A DNA stretch of 64,000 bases, from NCBI GenBank assembly GCA_964202905.1, contig CAXNJO010000004.1, forward strand, positions 352,001 to 416,000, given 5' to 3'. This document shows positions 8,145 to 16,450 of this stretch, piece after piece. The translations under genes and the position numbers were made by a program. Position 1 is the stretch's first letter. Each line of letters starts with the position of its first letter. The notes beneath the pieces are model-generated. The model ran no database searches. It saw nothing but the letters and a program-made list of their open reading frames with translations, and was not told the DNA's origin. This DNA is from Polyangiales bacterium. GTDB taxonomy: Bacteria; Myxococcota_A; Polyangia; Polyangiales; JADJQN01.

Positions 8145-10778
8145 TCAGCCGCGGCGCGACCGCCAGAAGGCCGCGAGCCGCGTCCGCGCCGCCAGCATCG
8201 TGGGCAGCACGACGACGGCCGCGAGCGTGCACGACACCTCGCCGGACATCGCGATGCGCCCGAAGGAGCGCAGCGCGAGGTTGTCCGCGAAGAGCAGCGA
8301 CGCATAGCCGAGGATCGTCGTGAGCGAGCACAGCGCGACGACGCCCCCGACCGAGCGAACACCCTCCGCGACGTCCTCCGCCGCGAGCTCGGGGCCGTCG
8401 GGCACGCGCGCGCGCCGATCGTGCGCCGCGTGCTGGATGCGCTCGTAGACGTTGATCGAGTACTCGACGCCGAGCCCGAAGGTGAGCGGCAGCGCGACGA
8501 AGTTGAGGAAGTTGAGCCGCACGTCGAGCCACGCGGCGCCGCCGATCATGAGGGTCACGCCGCTGCAGAGCGCGACGAGGATCGACGCGACCGTCGTCAG
8601 CCGCCGCGCGACGACGAACGTGACCGCGATGACGACGAGGAAGGCGAGGAGCGTCACGCGCGGGCTGTCGCGCTCCATCGAGCGCACCATCTCCGCGAAG
8701 ATCGTCGCGCGGCTCGCGTTGGGCGCGGGCTGTCCGTCCGCGCCGCGCACGCCCTCGAGGATGTCGCTGATGCGGAGCAGGTTCTGGCCGCGGCTCTGCG
8801 AGATGCGCCGATCGAGCGTGACGAACACCGCCGTCCCGTCGCGGCCGTCGCGCTCGCGGAAGCGGGTGCGCACGAGGGCGGGGAGGTCCTCGGGCGCGAG
8901 CCGACGCAGGTACTCGGGCGGCCGCCACCGCTGCGCGGCCTCGCGCTCGGCGCCCTCGAGCCGCGGCAGCACACGGTCGAGGTGCGCGCGGATCTCGGCG
9001 AGCAGGCGCAGCTTCTCGTCGACCTGCGCGGGCGTGCCGCCGAGCACGTCGAAGATGGTCTCGACGCGCTCGACGAAGGTGCCGCGCGTCACGCGCCGGT
9101 CGCTCGCGACCACCGCGCGCGCGAGGCCCTCGACCTCGGACATGTCGCTCGCGAGCAGGAGCTGCGGCGAGCCGCGCACCCCGAGCACCGCGTTCGCGCG
9201 GAGGCTGAAGCGCCCCGCACCGCGCCGCGTGCTCGACTCCGAGCGGAGCTTCGCGAAGTCGTACTCCCACGGGTCGCGCAGGTAGCGCGCGAGGGGCCAC
9301 GCCGCGGCGCCGACGAGGAGCACGACGGCGAGCGCGACCTTGCCGGTGTGCTGCGTCGCGAGGCGACCGACGAGCGCGGCGACGGGCGCGCGCACGGGCG
9401 CGGCGGTCTGCGCTCGACCGCCGCGGCCACGGGCGAAGCGGGCGGTGAGCCGCTCGACAGCCGTGATCGACGCGGGCATCACGGCGAAGCTCGCGACCCA
9501 CGACGCGAGCATCCCGACGCCCCCGATGAGGCCGAACTCGCTGAACCCGCGGAACGACGTCGCGAGCAGCGCGGCGTACGCGCCGCTCGCCGCGAGCGAG
9601 GCGAGCCACGTGCCGGAGCGCGAGGTCTCCGCGGCCTCGAGCAGCGCCGCCTCGAGGTCGTCCCCGGCCGCGCGCCGCTCGCGGTAGCGCGCGAGGTAGA
9701 CCATGCCGTAGTTGATGCCGTTGCCCGCGATCAGCGAGCCGAGGAAGCTCGTCGCCGCGTTGAGGTGCCCGTACGCGCCCATCGCGACGGCGAAGGCCAC
9801 GCCGCTGCCGATCGTCGCGACCGCGCCGAGGTGCGCGAGCACGAAGGGCGAGCGGAAGAAGGTGACGAGCACGAGCACGATGAGCGCGAAGGCCGCGATC
9901 GACACGACCACGATGTCCGCGACGAGCCCGGCGCGCTCGGCGATGGCGTTGGGGATGTCGCCCGCGTACCCGAGCTCGACGCCCGGAAAACGGGCCAGTT
10001 CTTCTGCGCCGATGCGCGTGACGGCCGCGTGCAGCCGATCGCCGCGCGCGTCGCCGAAGCCGCCGCTCGGCGACCGCACGACGAGCACGAACGTGCGCCC
10101 GTCCTCCGACTGGAAGTAGCCCGTCGGGAATCGATCGAGCCGCGCGAGCTCCGCCCGGGCGCGCCGATCGAAGGTCACGATCGCCGACTCGCCGGGGAGC
10201 GCTGCGGGCGGGGCGGGCGCGACGTCGGCGCCCGGCACGGCACGCGCGACGGCCGCCGCGCGCTCGCGGTCCCGCGCTTCACGCGCGTCGCGCAGATCCG
10301 CGCACGGATCGTCGAGCTCGAAGTAGCCCGGCATCGCGCGCGCCCGCGCCCGCTCGAGCTCGCACGAGACGAGCTCGAGATCGACCGGGTCCGCGAAGAG
10401 CCAGCGCCAGCGCTCGTAGAAACGCCGCGTCTCGGTGGGCCCATGCTCGACGAGGGACACGAGCTCGGTGGGGAGCCGCTTCACGCGGGCCTCGACCGCG
10501 TCGATCAACGCCTTGTTTTTCCTCGCGTCGGGCGACTCGACCACGACGATGAGCGTCGAGGACGCGCCGCCCCGCCGATCGACGGTGCTGCGGAAACGCC
10601 GCGCCGCGGGGCTCTCCGTCGGCAGCAACTCGATGAAGTCGCCGCGGATCGCGAGCCCGCTCGCGTACGTCCAGCACGAGGCCGCGAACGCGAGCGCGAG
10701 GCCGAGCACCCACGCGGGGCGCGCGACCGCGAAGCGCGTGACGGCGGCGACGACCTGCGCGAATCGCCCAGTATTCAT
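8145..10778 (-). CDS. MMPL/RND family lipid transporter
   Basis: Two TM bundles with GNGINYGMVYLARY and GLGVEYSINVYER. Start MNTGRF overlaps the upstream stop (ATGA). Confidence 0.88.
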   Translation of the reverse strand: MNTGRFAQVVAAVTRFAVARPAWVLGLALAFAASCWTYASGLAIRGDFIELLPTESPAARRFRSTVDRRGGASSTLIVVVESPDARKNKALIDAVEARVKRLPTELVSLVEHGPTETRRFYERWRWLFADPVDLELVSCELERARARAMPGYFELDDPCADLRDAREARDRERAAAVARAVPGADVAPAPPAALPGESAIVTFDRRARAELARLDRFPTGYFQSEDGRTFVLVVRSPSGGFGDARGDRLHAAVTRIGAEELARFPGVELGYAGDIPNAIAERAGLVADIVVVSIAAFALIVLVLVTFFRSPFVLAHLGAVATIGSGVAFAVAMGAYGHLNAATSFLGSLIAGNGINYGMVYLARYRERRAAGDDLEAALLEAAETSRSGTWLASLAASGAYAALLATSFRGFSEFGLIGGVGMLASWVASFAVMPASITAVERLTARFARGRGGRAQTAAPVRAPVAALVGRLATQHTGKVALAVVLLVGAAAWPLARYLRDPWEYDFAKLRSESSTRRGAGRFSLRANAVLGVRGSPQLLLASDMSEVEGLARAVVASDRRVTRGTFVERVETIFDVLGGTPAQVDEKLRLLAEIRAHLDRVLPRLEGAEREAAQRWRPPEYLRRLAPEDLPALVRTRFRERDGRDGTAVFVTLDRRISQSRGQNLLRISDILEGVRGADGQPAPNASRATIFAEMVRSMERDSPRVTLLAFLVVIAVTFVVARRLTTVASILVALCSGVTLMIGGAAWLDVRLNFLNFVALPLTFGLGVEYSINVYERIQHAAHDRRARVPDGPELAAEDVAEGVRSVGGVVALCSLTTILGYASLLFADNLALRSFGRIAMSGEVSCTLAAVVVLPTMLAARTRLAAFWRSRRG

Positions 10779-11929
10779 GGGCGGAGCGCGTCCTCGAGGT
10801 CCGCGACGAGCTCGCCCGCGTCCTCCGTGCCGACCGAGAGCCGCAGCATGTCCGCGGGCACGGGGGACTCCGGCCCCTCGACCGACGCGCGGTGCTCGAC
10901 GAGACTCTCGGTGCCGCCGAGGCTCGTCGCGCGCTTCCAGAGCCGCAGGCGACCGAGCGCCGCGAGCGCCGCCTCCGCGCCTCCGGCGACGCGCAGCGAG
11001 AGCATGCTGCCGAAACCGCCCCGCATCTGTCGCGACGCGACCTCGTGCCCCGGGAAGCCGGGCAGGCCCGGGTAGAGCACCTCGACGACCCGCGCATGCC
11101 CGCAGAAATGCTCGGCGATCCGCTGCGCGGAGGCGCTCGCGACGCGCGCGCGGAGCGGCAGCGTGCGCATCCCGCGCAAGAGCAGCCAGGCCTCGAACGG
11201 CCCGATCACGGCGCCCTCGAGGGCGCGCACCTCGAGCACCCGCGCGAAGAGCGCGTCGTCCTCGCGCGCCGCGGTGACGCTGCCCGCGAGCACGTCGCTG
11301 TGCCCGTTGAGCGCCTTGGTCGCCGCGTGCACGACGAGGTCCGCGCCGAGCGCGAGAGGCTGCGTGAAGATCGGCGTCGCGACCGTCGAGTCGACGACGA
11401 GCCGCGCGCCCGCCTCGTGCGCGAGCGCGGCGGAGCGCGCGATGTCGGTGACCGTCCAGACCGGGTTCGCGGGCGTCTCGATCCACACGAGCCGCGTCTG
11501 CCCGGGCCGGAGCGCTGCCGCGAGCGCGGCCGGGTCGTGCGCGTCGGCGAGCGTCACGTCGAGCCCCCAGCGCGCGCCGGGCCCCGTGAGCCAGCGCCGC
11601 AGCGCCCAATACATCAGCCGCGGCGCGACGACGTGATCGCCCGGTGAGAGCGCGCGGAACACCGCCGTGCACGCGGCCATCCCCGAGGCGAAGAGCGCCG
11701 TGCGCGCCCCCCCCTCGAGCGCGGTGATGAGCCGCTCCGCGGGCTCGAACGCGGGGCTCTGATCGCGCGCATACACGCGCCCCGGCGCGACGAGCGCGTT
11801 CGCTTCGTCCCGCGCGAACGTGGTCGAGGGGTGGATCGCGGGGACGAGCGCCCCCGTCTGCGGATCGATGTCTCCGAGGGCCTGCGCGCAGAGCGTGTCG
11901 ACGGAGCGGAGCGGGCGGTCGGGCGGCAT
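10775..11929 (-). CDS. Cys/Met metabolism PLP enzyme (cystathionine gamma-synthase/lyase family)
   Basis: LFASGMAA, IETPANP, VVDST, HAATKALNGHSD (PLP Lys), SLGGTESL, LRLSVGTED. Confidence 0.92.
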   Translation of the reverse strand: MPPDRPLRSVDTLCAQALGDIDPQTGALVPAIHPSTTFARDEANALVAPGRVYARDQSPAFEPAERLITALEGGARTALFASGMAACTAVFRALSPGDHVVAPRLMYWALRRWLTGPGARWGLDVTLADAHDPAALAAALRPGQTRLVWIETPANPVWTVTDIARSAALAHEAGARLVVDSTVATPIFTQPLALGADLVVHAATKALNGHSDVLAGSVTAAREDDALFARVLEVRALEGAVIGPFEAWLLLRGMRTLPLRARVASASAQRIAEHFCGHARVVEVLYPGLPGFPGHEVASRQMRGGFGSMLSLRVAGGAEAALAALGRLRLWKRATSLGGTESLVEHRASVEGPESPVPADMLRLSVGTEDAGELVADLEDALRP

Positions 11930-11992
11930 GCGCGGCGACGCTAGCGCGAACCCCCGCGGGACGCGACGGCCACGGGCCACGCCGCGCGCACC

Positions 11993-13570
11993 TCAGCGCG
12001 GACGCGCGGCGAGCGTCGCGGGCACGCGCGGCAGGCCGAGTTTCTTCATGCGGCTCTGCAGGGTCGAGGGCGGCAGCCCGAGCACCTCGGCCGCGCCGCC
12101 CGGCCCGTAGATGCGGCCCTCCGTCGCAGCGAGCACGCGGCGGATGTGCGCGCGCTGCGCATCGTCGAGCGAGCCGAGCGCCACGGACGCGCCCGGCGTC
12201 GCGGTGGGCCCTTCGATCGGCGCGTCGCGCGCGGGGAGGTCGATCGTCGCGGCCCCGAGCTCGCGCTCGCGCGTGAGGATCGTCGCGCGCTCGAGCACGT
12301 TCGCGAGCTCACGCAGGTTGCCCGGCCAGTCGTGTCCCGCGAGCTTCTCGAGCGCGTCCTCGCCCACGCGCGTCGGCGCCCTCCCCGTGCGCTTGCCGAT
12401 CTGCAGGAGCAACGACGCGCAGAGCTCCGGCAGATCCTCGAGCCGCTCGCGCAGCGGCGGCAGCGCGAGAGGGAACACGTGGAGCCGGTAGTACAGGTCC
12501 TCGCGGAAGCGGCCCGCGCCGATGGCGCGGCGCAGATCCACGTGCGTCGCCGCGAGGATGCGCACGTCGACCTTCACCGTTCGGTCCGCGCCCACGGGCT
12601 CGAACGAGCCCTCCTGCAAGACGCGCAGCAGCTTCGCCTGCAGCTCGAACGGGAGCTCGCCGATCTCGTCGAGCAGCAGCGTGCCGCCGTTCGCCATCGC
12701 GAAGCGGCCCGCGCGATCGCGCGTCGCGCCGGTGAACGAGCCCTTCGTGTGGCCGAAGAGCTCGCTCTCGAGCAGCCCGGGCGGGATGGCCGCGCAGTTG
12801 ATCGTGACGAAGGGCTGCTCGGCGCGCGGGCTCCACGTGTGCAGCGCGCGCGCGAGCCGCTCCTTGCCCGTGCCCGTCTCGCCGAGGATGAGCACCGGCG
12901 TGCTGGTGGCCGCGACCTGCCGCGCGCGCCGCGCGATCTCGCGGACCGCCGCGCTGCGGCTCGTCTCGAGGACGCCCTCGTCGTCGCCGCTCAGCGCCGC
13001 CTCGAGCAGTTGCGCGCGCTCGTGGTCGCGCCGGTGCAGCCGCGCGAGCAGGGCACGCTGCTCGGCGTTGGCGATCGCGAGCGCGAGGATCTGCGCATAG
13101 ACCTCGGCGAGGTCGACGACGCCCTGCGGGTACGACTCGCAGCGCGTGCGATCGAGCGCGAGCACCCCGAACGCGCGCTCCCCCGCGACGAGGGGCACGA
13201 CCATGCACGAGTGCCCGGGCGGCAGATCGAGCACCCCGTCGAACGGGTCACCGTCCCCGTGCGCGTGGTCCTGCTCGGTGAACGCGCGCGCGCGCCGCGT
13301 CTCGAGCGCCTCGCGGATCGTCGGAAACCGGTCGAGCGCGAGCGTGTGCCCGCGCAGACGCGGCCCGGCGAGAGAGCCGCGCGCCATCCGCACGACGAGC
13401 GTGTCGCCCTCGAGCGCGAAGATCGTCGCGAGATCGTAGGGCGCGAGGCGCCCGAGCCAGTCGAGCCCGCGCCGCAGCAGATCGTCGAGCCCGTCGTCGA
13501 CCCCGGCGATGCGCGCGAGGTCTCGCAGGTCGCGGGTCAGGTCCATCGGAGCGCGCAACGCGTTCGGCAT
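11993..13570 (-). CDS. Sigma54-dependent activator with a NorR-like GAF domain, AAA+ domain and Fis HTH
   Basis: GETGTGKE, ESELFGHTKGSFTGA, LLDEIGE, WPGNLREL. GAF contains DPFDG...HSCM...LALD. Start could be 13546. Confidence 0.92.
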   Translation of the reverse strand: MPNALRAPMDLTRDLRDLARIAGVDDGLDDLLRRGLDWLGRLAPYDLATIFALEGDTLVVRMARGSLAGPRLRGHTLALDRFPTIREALETRRARAFTEQDHAHGDGDPFDGVLDLPPGHSCMVVPLVAGERAFGVLALDRTRCESYPQGVVDLAEVYAQILALAIANAEQRALLARLHRRDHERAQLLEAALSGDDEGVLETSRSAAVREIARRARQVAATSTPVLILGETGTGKERLARALHTWSPRAEQPFVTINCAAIPPGLLESELFGHTKGSFTGATRDRAGRFAMANGGTLLLDEIGELPFELQAKLLRVLQEGSFEPVGADRTVKVDVRILAATHVDLRRAIGAGRFREDLYYRLHVFPLALPPLRERLEDLPELCASLLLQIGKRTGRAPTRVGEDALEKLAGHDWPGNLRELANVLERATILTRERELGAATIDLPARDAPIEGPTATPGASVALGSLDDAQRAHIRRVLAATEGRIYGPGGAAEVLGLPPSTLQSRMKKLGLPRVPATLAARPR

Positions 13571-13585
13571 CCGCGGGTTCTAGGG

Positions 13586-13641
13586 CACCGACATCTCACT
13601 GCCAAGACACCGGCATGTCGGTGACCACCGGAATATCGGTG
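13586..13641. promoter_or_regulatory. Three tandem palindromic enhancer sites CACCG-N6-CGGTG
   Basis: 13586-13601 CACCGACATCTCACTG (degenerate); 13608-13623 CACCGGCATGTCGGTG; 13626-13641 CACCGGAATATCGGTG. Confidence 0.75.
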
Positions 13642-13696
13642 AGGCTGGGGGCAGAGGATCGCAGAAAATCCGCGTCAACCACGACGGGCCGTTGCC

Positions 13697-13712
13697 TGGC
13701 ACGCCATCTGCT
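13697..13712 (+). promoter_or_regulatory. Sigma54 -24/-12 promoter of ahpC
   Basis: TGGCACGCCATCTGCT has exact GG-N10-GC spacing and a TGGCAC -24 element. Confidence 0.85.
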
Positions 13713-13769
13713 CTTACACAGCGCGGCGCCGCGACCCGCACAGCGGCCACCCCCCAGAGGAGAACACCC

Positions 13770-14303
13770 ATGCTCACCGTCGGCTACAAGCTCCCCGCCT
13801 TCACCGTCACGGCCACCGTCAGCACCGAGAAGGGCAAGGAGTTCAAGGACATCTCGAACACCGACTACGCGGGGAAGTGGCTCATCCTCTACTTCTATCC
13901 GAAGGACTTCACCTTCATCTGCCCGACCGAGATCGTCGATTTCGACAAGGCGCAGAAGGACTTCGCCGAGCGCGACGCGGTCGTCGTCGGCGGCAGCACG
14001 GACAACCCCTTCTCGCACCTCGCCTGGCGCAACAGCCACGCGGATCTGAAGAACATCACGCACCCGCTCATCCACCTCACGCCGAAGCTCGGCGCCGAGC
14101 TCGGCGTCATCCACCCGGACGAGGGCGTCGCGCTCCGCACGACGTTCATCATCGACCCGAACGGCGTGATCCGCTCGGCCGTCGCGTACGATCTGAACGT
14201 CGGCCGCAGCGTCAAGGAGACCCTGCGCACGCTCGACGCGCTGCAGACGGACGAGCTCTGCCCCTGCAACTGGCAGAAGGGCGAGAATACGCTCGGCAAG
14301 TGA
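13770..14303 (+). CDS. ahpC: 2-Cys peroxiredoxin AhpC
   Basis: FYPKDFTFICPTE, LCPCNW. RBS GAGGAG. Confidence 0.95.
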   Translation: MLTVGYKLPAFTVTATVSTEKGKEFKDISNTDYAGKWLILYFYPKDFTFICPTEIVDFDKAQKDFAERDAVVVGGSTDNPFSHLAWRNSHADLKNITHPLIHLTPKLGAELGVIHPDEGVALRTTFIIDPNGVIRSAVAYDLNVGRSVKETLRTLDALQTDELCPCNWQKGENTLGK

Positions 14304-14314
14304 TCGCACGGCGC

Positions 14315-14335
14315 GCCCCTCCCACGGGGAGGGGC
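14315..14335 (+). other. Intercistronic hairpin between ahpC and ahpD
   Basis: GCCCCTCCC-ACG-GGGAGGGGC, a 9-bp stem. Confidence 0.55.
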
Positions 14336-14401
14336 CGCGCACGCTTCGGCTTCGTCTCCCTTCACGCCCCCCGCTCACGCCCCGCCACGAGAGGAGTCCC
14401 C

Positions 14402-14929
14402 ATGACCCAGGCCATCGACGCGCTCCGCGACGCCCTGCCCGACGCTGCCCGCGACCTGAAGATCAACCTCGGGACCATGCTCGCCCTCGAGTCGCTGACG
14501 CCCGCGCAGCGCTGGGGTTCGGCCCTCGCCTGCGCGATCACCGCGGGGCACGCGGGGCTCCGCGACGCCCTCGCCGCCGACGCGCGCGCCGCGGGCGTGT
14601 CCGAGGAGGTGCTCGACGACGCCCGCGCAGCGGCCGCGATCATGGCGATGAACAACGTCGTCTACCGCGCGCGCCACATGCTCGGCGGCGCGTACGAGGC
14701 GCGCCCGATCCGGCTCCGCATGCAGCGCATCGGCGCCGTGAAGACGAACAAACTCGACTTCGAGTTGATGTGCCTCGCCGCGAGCGCCATCGGCGGCTGC
14801 GAGGTCTGCCTCCAGGCCCACGAGAAGGTCGTGCGCGAGGGCGGACTCTCCGAAGACGTCGTGTTCGACGCCGTGCGCATCGCGGCCGTCGTGAAGGGCG
14901 TCGCCGTCGGGCTTGCGCTCGGCGCTTGA
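14402..14929 (+). CDS. ahpD: Alkylhydroperoxidase AhpD
   Basis: LPDAARDLKINL, MAMNNVVYR, FELMCLAASAIGGCEVCLQAHE (CxxC...H). RBS GAGGAG. Confidence 0.93.
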   Translation: MTQAIDALRDALPDAARDLKINLGTMLALESLTPAQRWGSALACAITAGHAGLRDALAADARAAGVSEEVLDDARAAAAIMAMNNVVYRARHMLGGAYEARPIRLRMQRIGAVKTNKLDFELMCLAASAIGGCEVCLQAHEKVVREGGLSEDVVFDAVRIAAVVKGVAVGLALGA

Positions 14930-14979
14930 CGCGCGCGCGCCCGCATGGGACCAACGCCCGCACGAGCGAGGAGCCTGCC

Positions 14980-15162
14980 GTGAGCGAGACCTACGTCAAC
15001 GTCGAGATCGATGCCGAAGGCGAGAAGCGCATCCAGGCCGAGGAGCAGACCTGGACGGGCGGGAAGCTGATCCTGCTCGGGGTCATCACGCTGCCCATCT
15101 GCCTCGCGATCCTCTTCGCCCTCGCGAACGCCACGACCTGGATGGGCACGCACCAGCCCTGA
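14980..15162 (+). CDS. 60-aa single-pass membrane protein
   Basis: GAGGAG RBS and GTG start. VSETYVNVEIDAEGEKRIQAEEQTWTGGKLILLGVITLPICLAILFALANATTWMGTHQP, with host-like codon usage. Confidence 0.7.
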   Translation: MSETYVNVEIDAEGEKRIQAEEQTWTGGKLILLGVITLPICLAILFALANATTWMGTHQP

Positions 15163-15214
15163 TCGCCCCGCGCGGCCGCCCCCAGCCGGGAGGCCGCGCG
15201 CGATCGGCACTCCC

Positions 15215-15300
15215 CGCAGCGCGCCTGCCTCGCAGCACGCCTGCCTCGCAGCACGCTTGCCTCCGCAGTGCGCCTGCCCCGCAGAACGCCTGCCCCGGAG
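15215..15300. repeat. Tandem ~16-bp repeat (CGCAGCACGCCTGCCT) x5 plus a partial copy
   Basis: Units start at 15215, 15231, 15247, 15264 and 15280; intergenic between convergent operons. Confidence 0.8.
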
Positions 15301-15424
15301 CGGCGGGCGATCCACCTTGGGGGAGGCGTTCGTTCCGCTCGGGTGAACGGAGCGGCGCCGACCGTTCGGTCTTTGTGAACGAGCCGCGTGCCTCCGCGAC
15401 GTGGAGGCCGAGGGCCCGCCGCGT

Positions 15425-16450
15425 TCAGGCCTTCGGCGCGTCGCGCAGCCAGGCCGCGAGGTGCTTCATGCCCTCGTCGATCGAGACGCGCGGCGTCCAG
15501 CCGAAATCCCGCGCGCAAGGCGTGATGTCGAACCAGTGCGCGGTCGCGAGCTGCTCGGCGACGAAGCGGGTCATGAGCGGCTCCCCCTCGCGGCGCAGCA
15601 CGCGGTACACGAACTCGCTCACGGCGCCGGCCGCATACGCGACGCGGAACGGGACGTGGCGCGTGACCGGCGGGAGCCCCGCGGCCGCGACGATGCGGTT
15701 GATCAGCGCGCCGATGGGCAGCGGCTCGCCGTTCGAGACGAAGTAGGCATTGCCGCCGAGCGGCCCTTGCACGGTGAGCGCCCCGGCCGCGGCGAGGTGC
15801 GCGTCGACCACGTTGTCGATGTACGTGCTGTCGACGAGGGCGCGGCCATCGCCGACGATGCGGAGCCGTCCGGTCTGCGCGCGCGCCACGATGCGCGGCA
15901 CGAGGTGGTTGTCCCCGGGGCCCCACACGAGGTGCGGGCGCAGAGACACCGTCGCGAGCCGCCCCCCCGCCCGCGCGAGCGCACGGCCGTTCGCGGTGCG
16001 GACGCGCTTCTCCGCGATCGCTTTGGTGCGTGGGTACTCGGCGGCGTACGCGGCCTCGGGCGGGTACGGGTGGGACGCGTCCACGCCCTCGAGATCCCCG
16101 CCCGCGTGCGCGACGGAGGGCGAGCTCGTGAACACGAGCTTCGGCACGTTCGCCGCGACGCAGGCCGTGATGACGTGCTCGGTTCCCTGCACGTTCGTGC
16201 GCTCGAACTCCTCGCGGCGCCCCCACACGCCCGCCTTCGCCGCGACGTGGAAGACGACGTCGCAGCCCTCGGCCGCGCGCAGCACGGCGCCCGCGTCCGC
16301 GAGATCGCCGCGCAACACCGTGCACCCGAGCGTCGCGAGCGCCGGATACGCGCCGCGCGCGAGCGTGCGCACCTCGTCACCGCGCGCGCGGAGCGCCGCG
16401 ACGATCGCCTGGCCGATGAAGCCGCCGCCCCCCGTGACGAGCGCCCTCAC
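15425..16450 (-). CDS. oleD: OleD 2-alkyl-3-oxoalkanoate reductase (3-beta-HSD-like SDR)
   Basis: TGGGGFIG, HVAAKAGVWG, YPRTKAIAE, LRPHLVWGPGD; last gene of the ole operon. Confidence 0.9.
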   Translation of the reverse strand: MRALVTGGGGFIGQAIVAALRARGDEVRTLARGAYPALATLGCTVLRGDLADAGAVLRAAEGCDVVFHVAAKAGVWGRREEFERTNVQGTEHVITACVAANVPKLVFTSSPSVAHAGGDLEGVDASHPYPPEAAYAAEYPRTKAIAEKRVRTANGRALARAGGRLATVSLRPHLVWGPGDNHLVPRIVARAQTGRLRIVGDGRALVDSTYIDNVVDAHLAAAGALTVQGPLGGNAYFVSNGEPLPIGALINRIVAAAGLPPVTRHVPFRVAYAAGAVSEFVYRVLRREGEPLMTRFVAEQLATAHWFDITPCARDFGWTPRVSIDEGMKHLAAWLRDAPKA

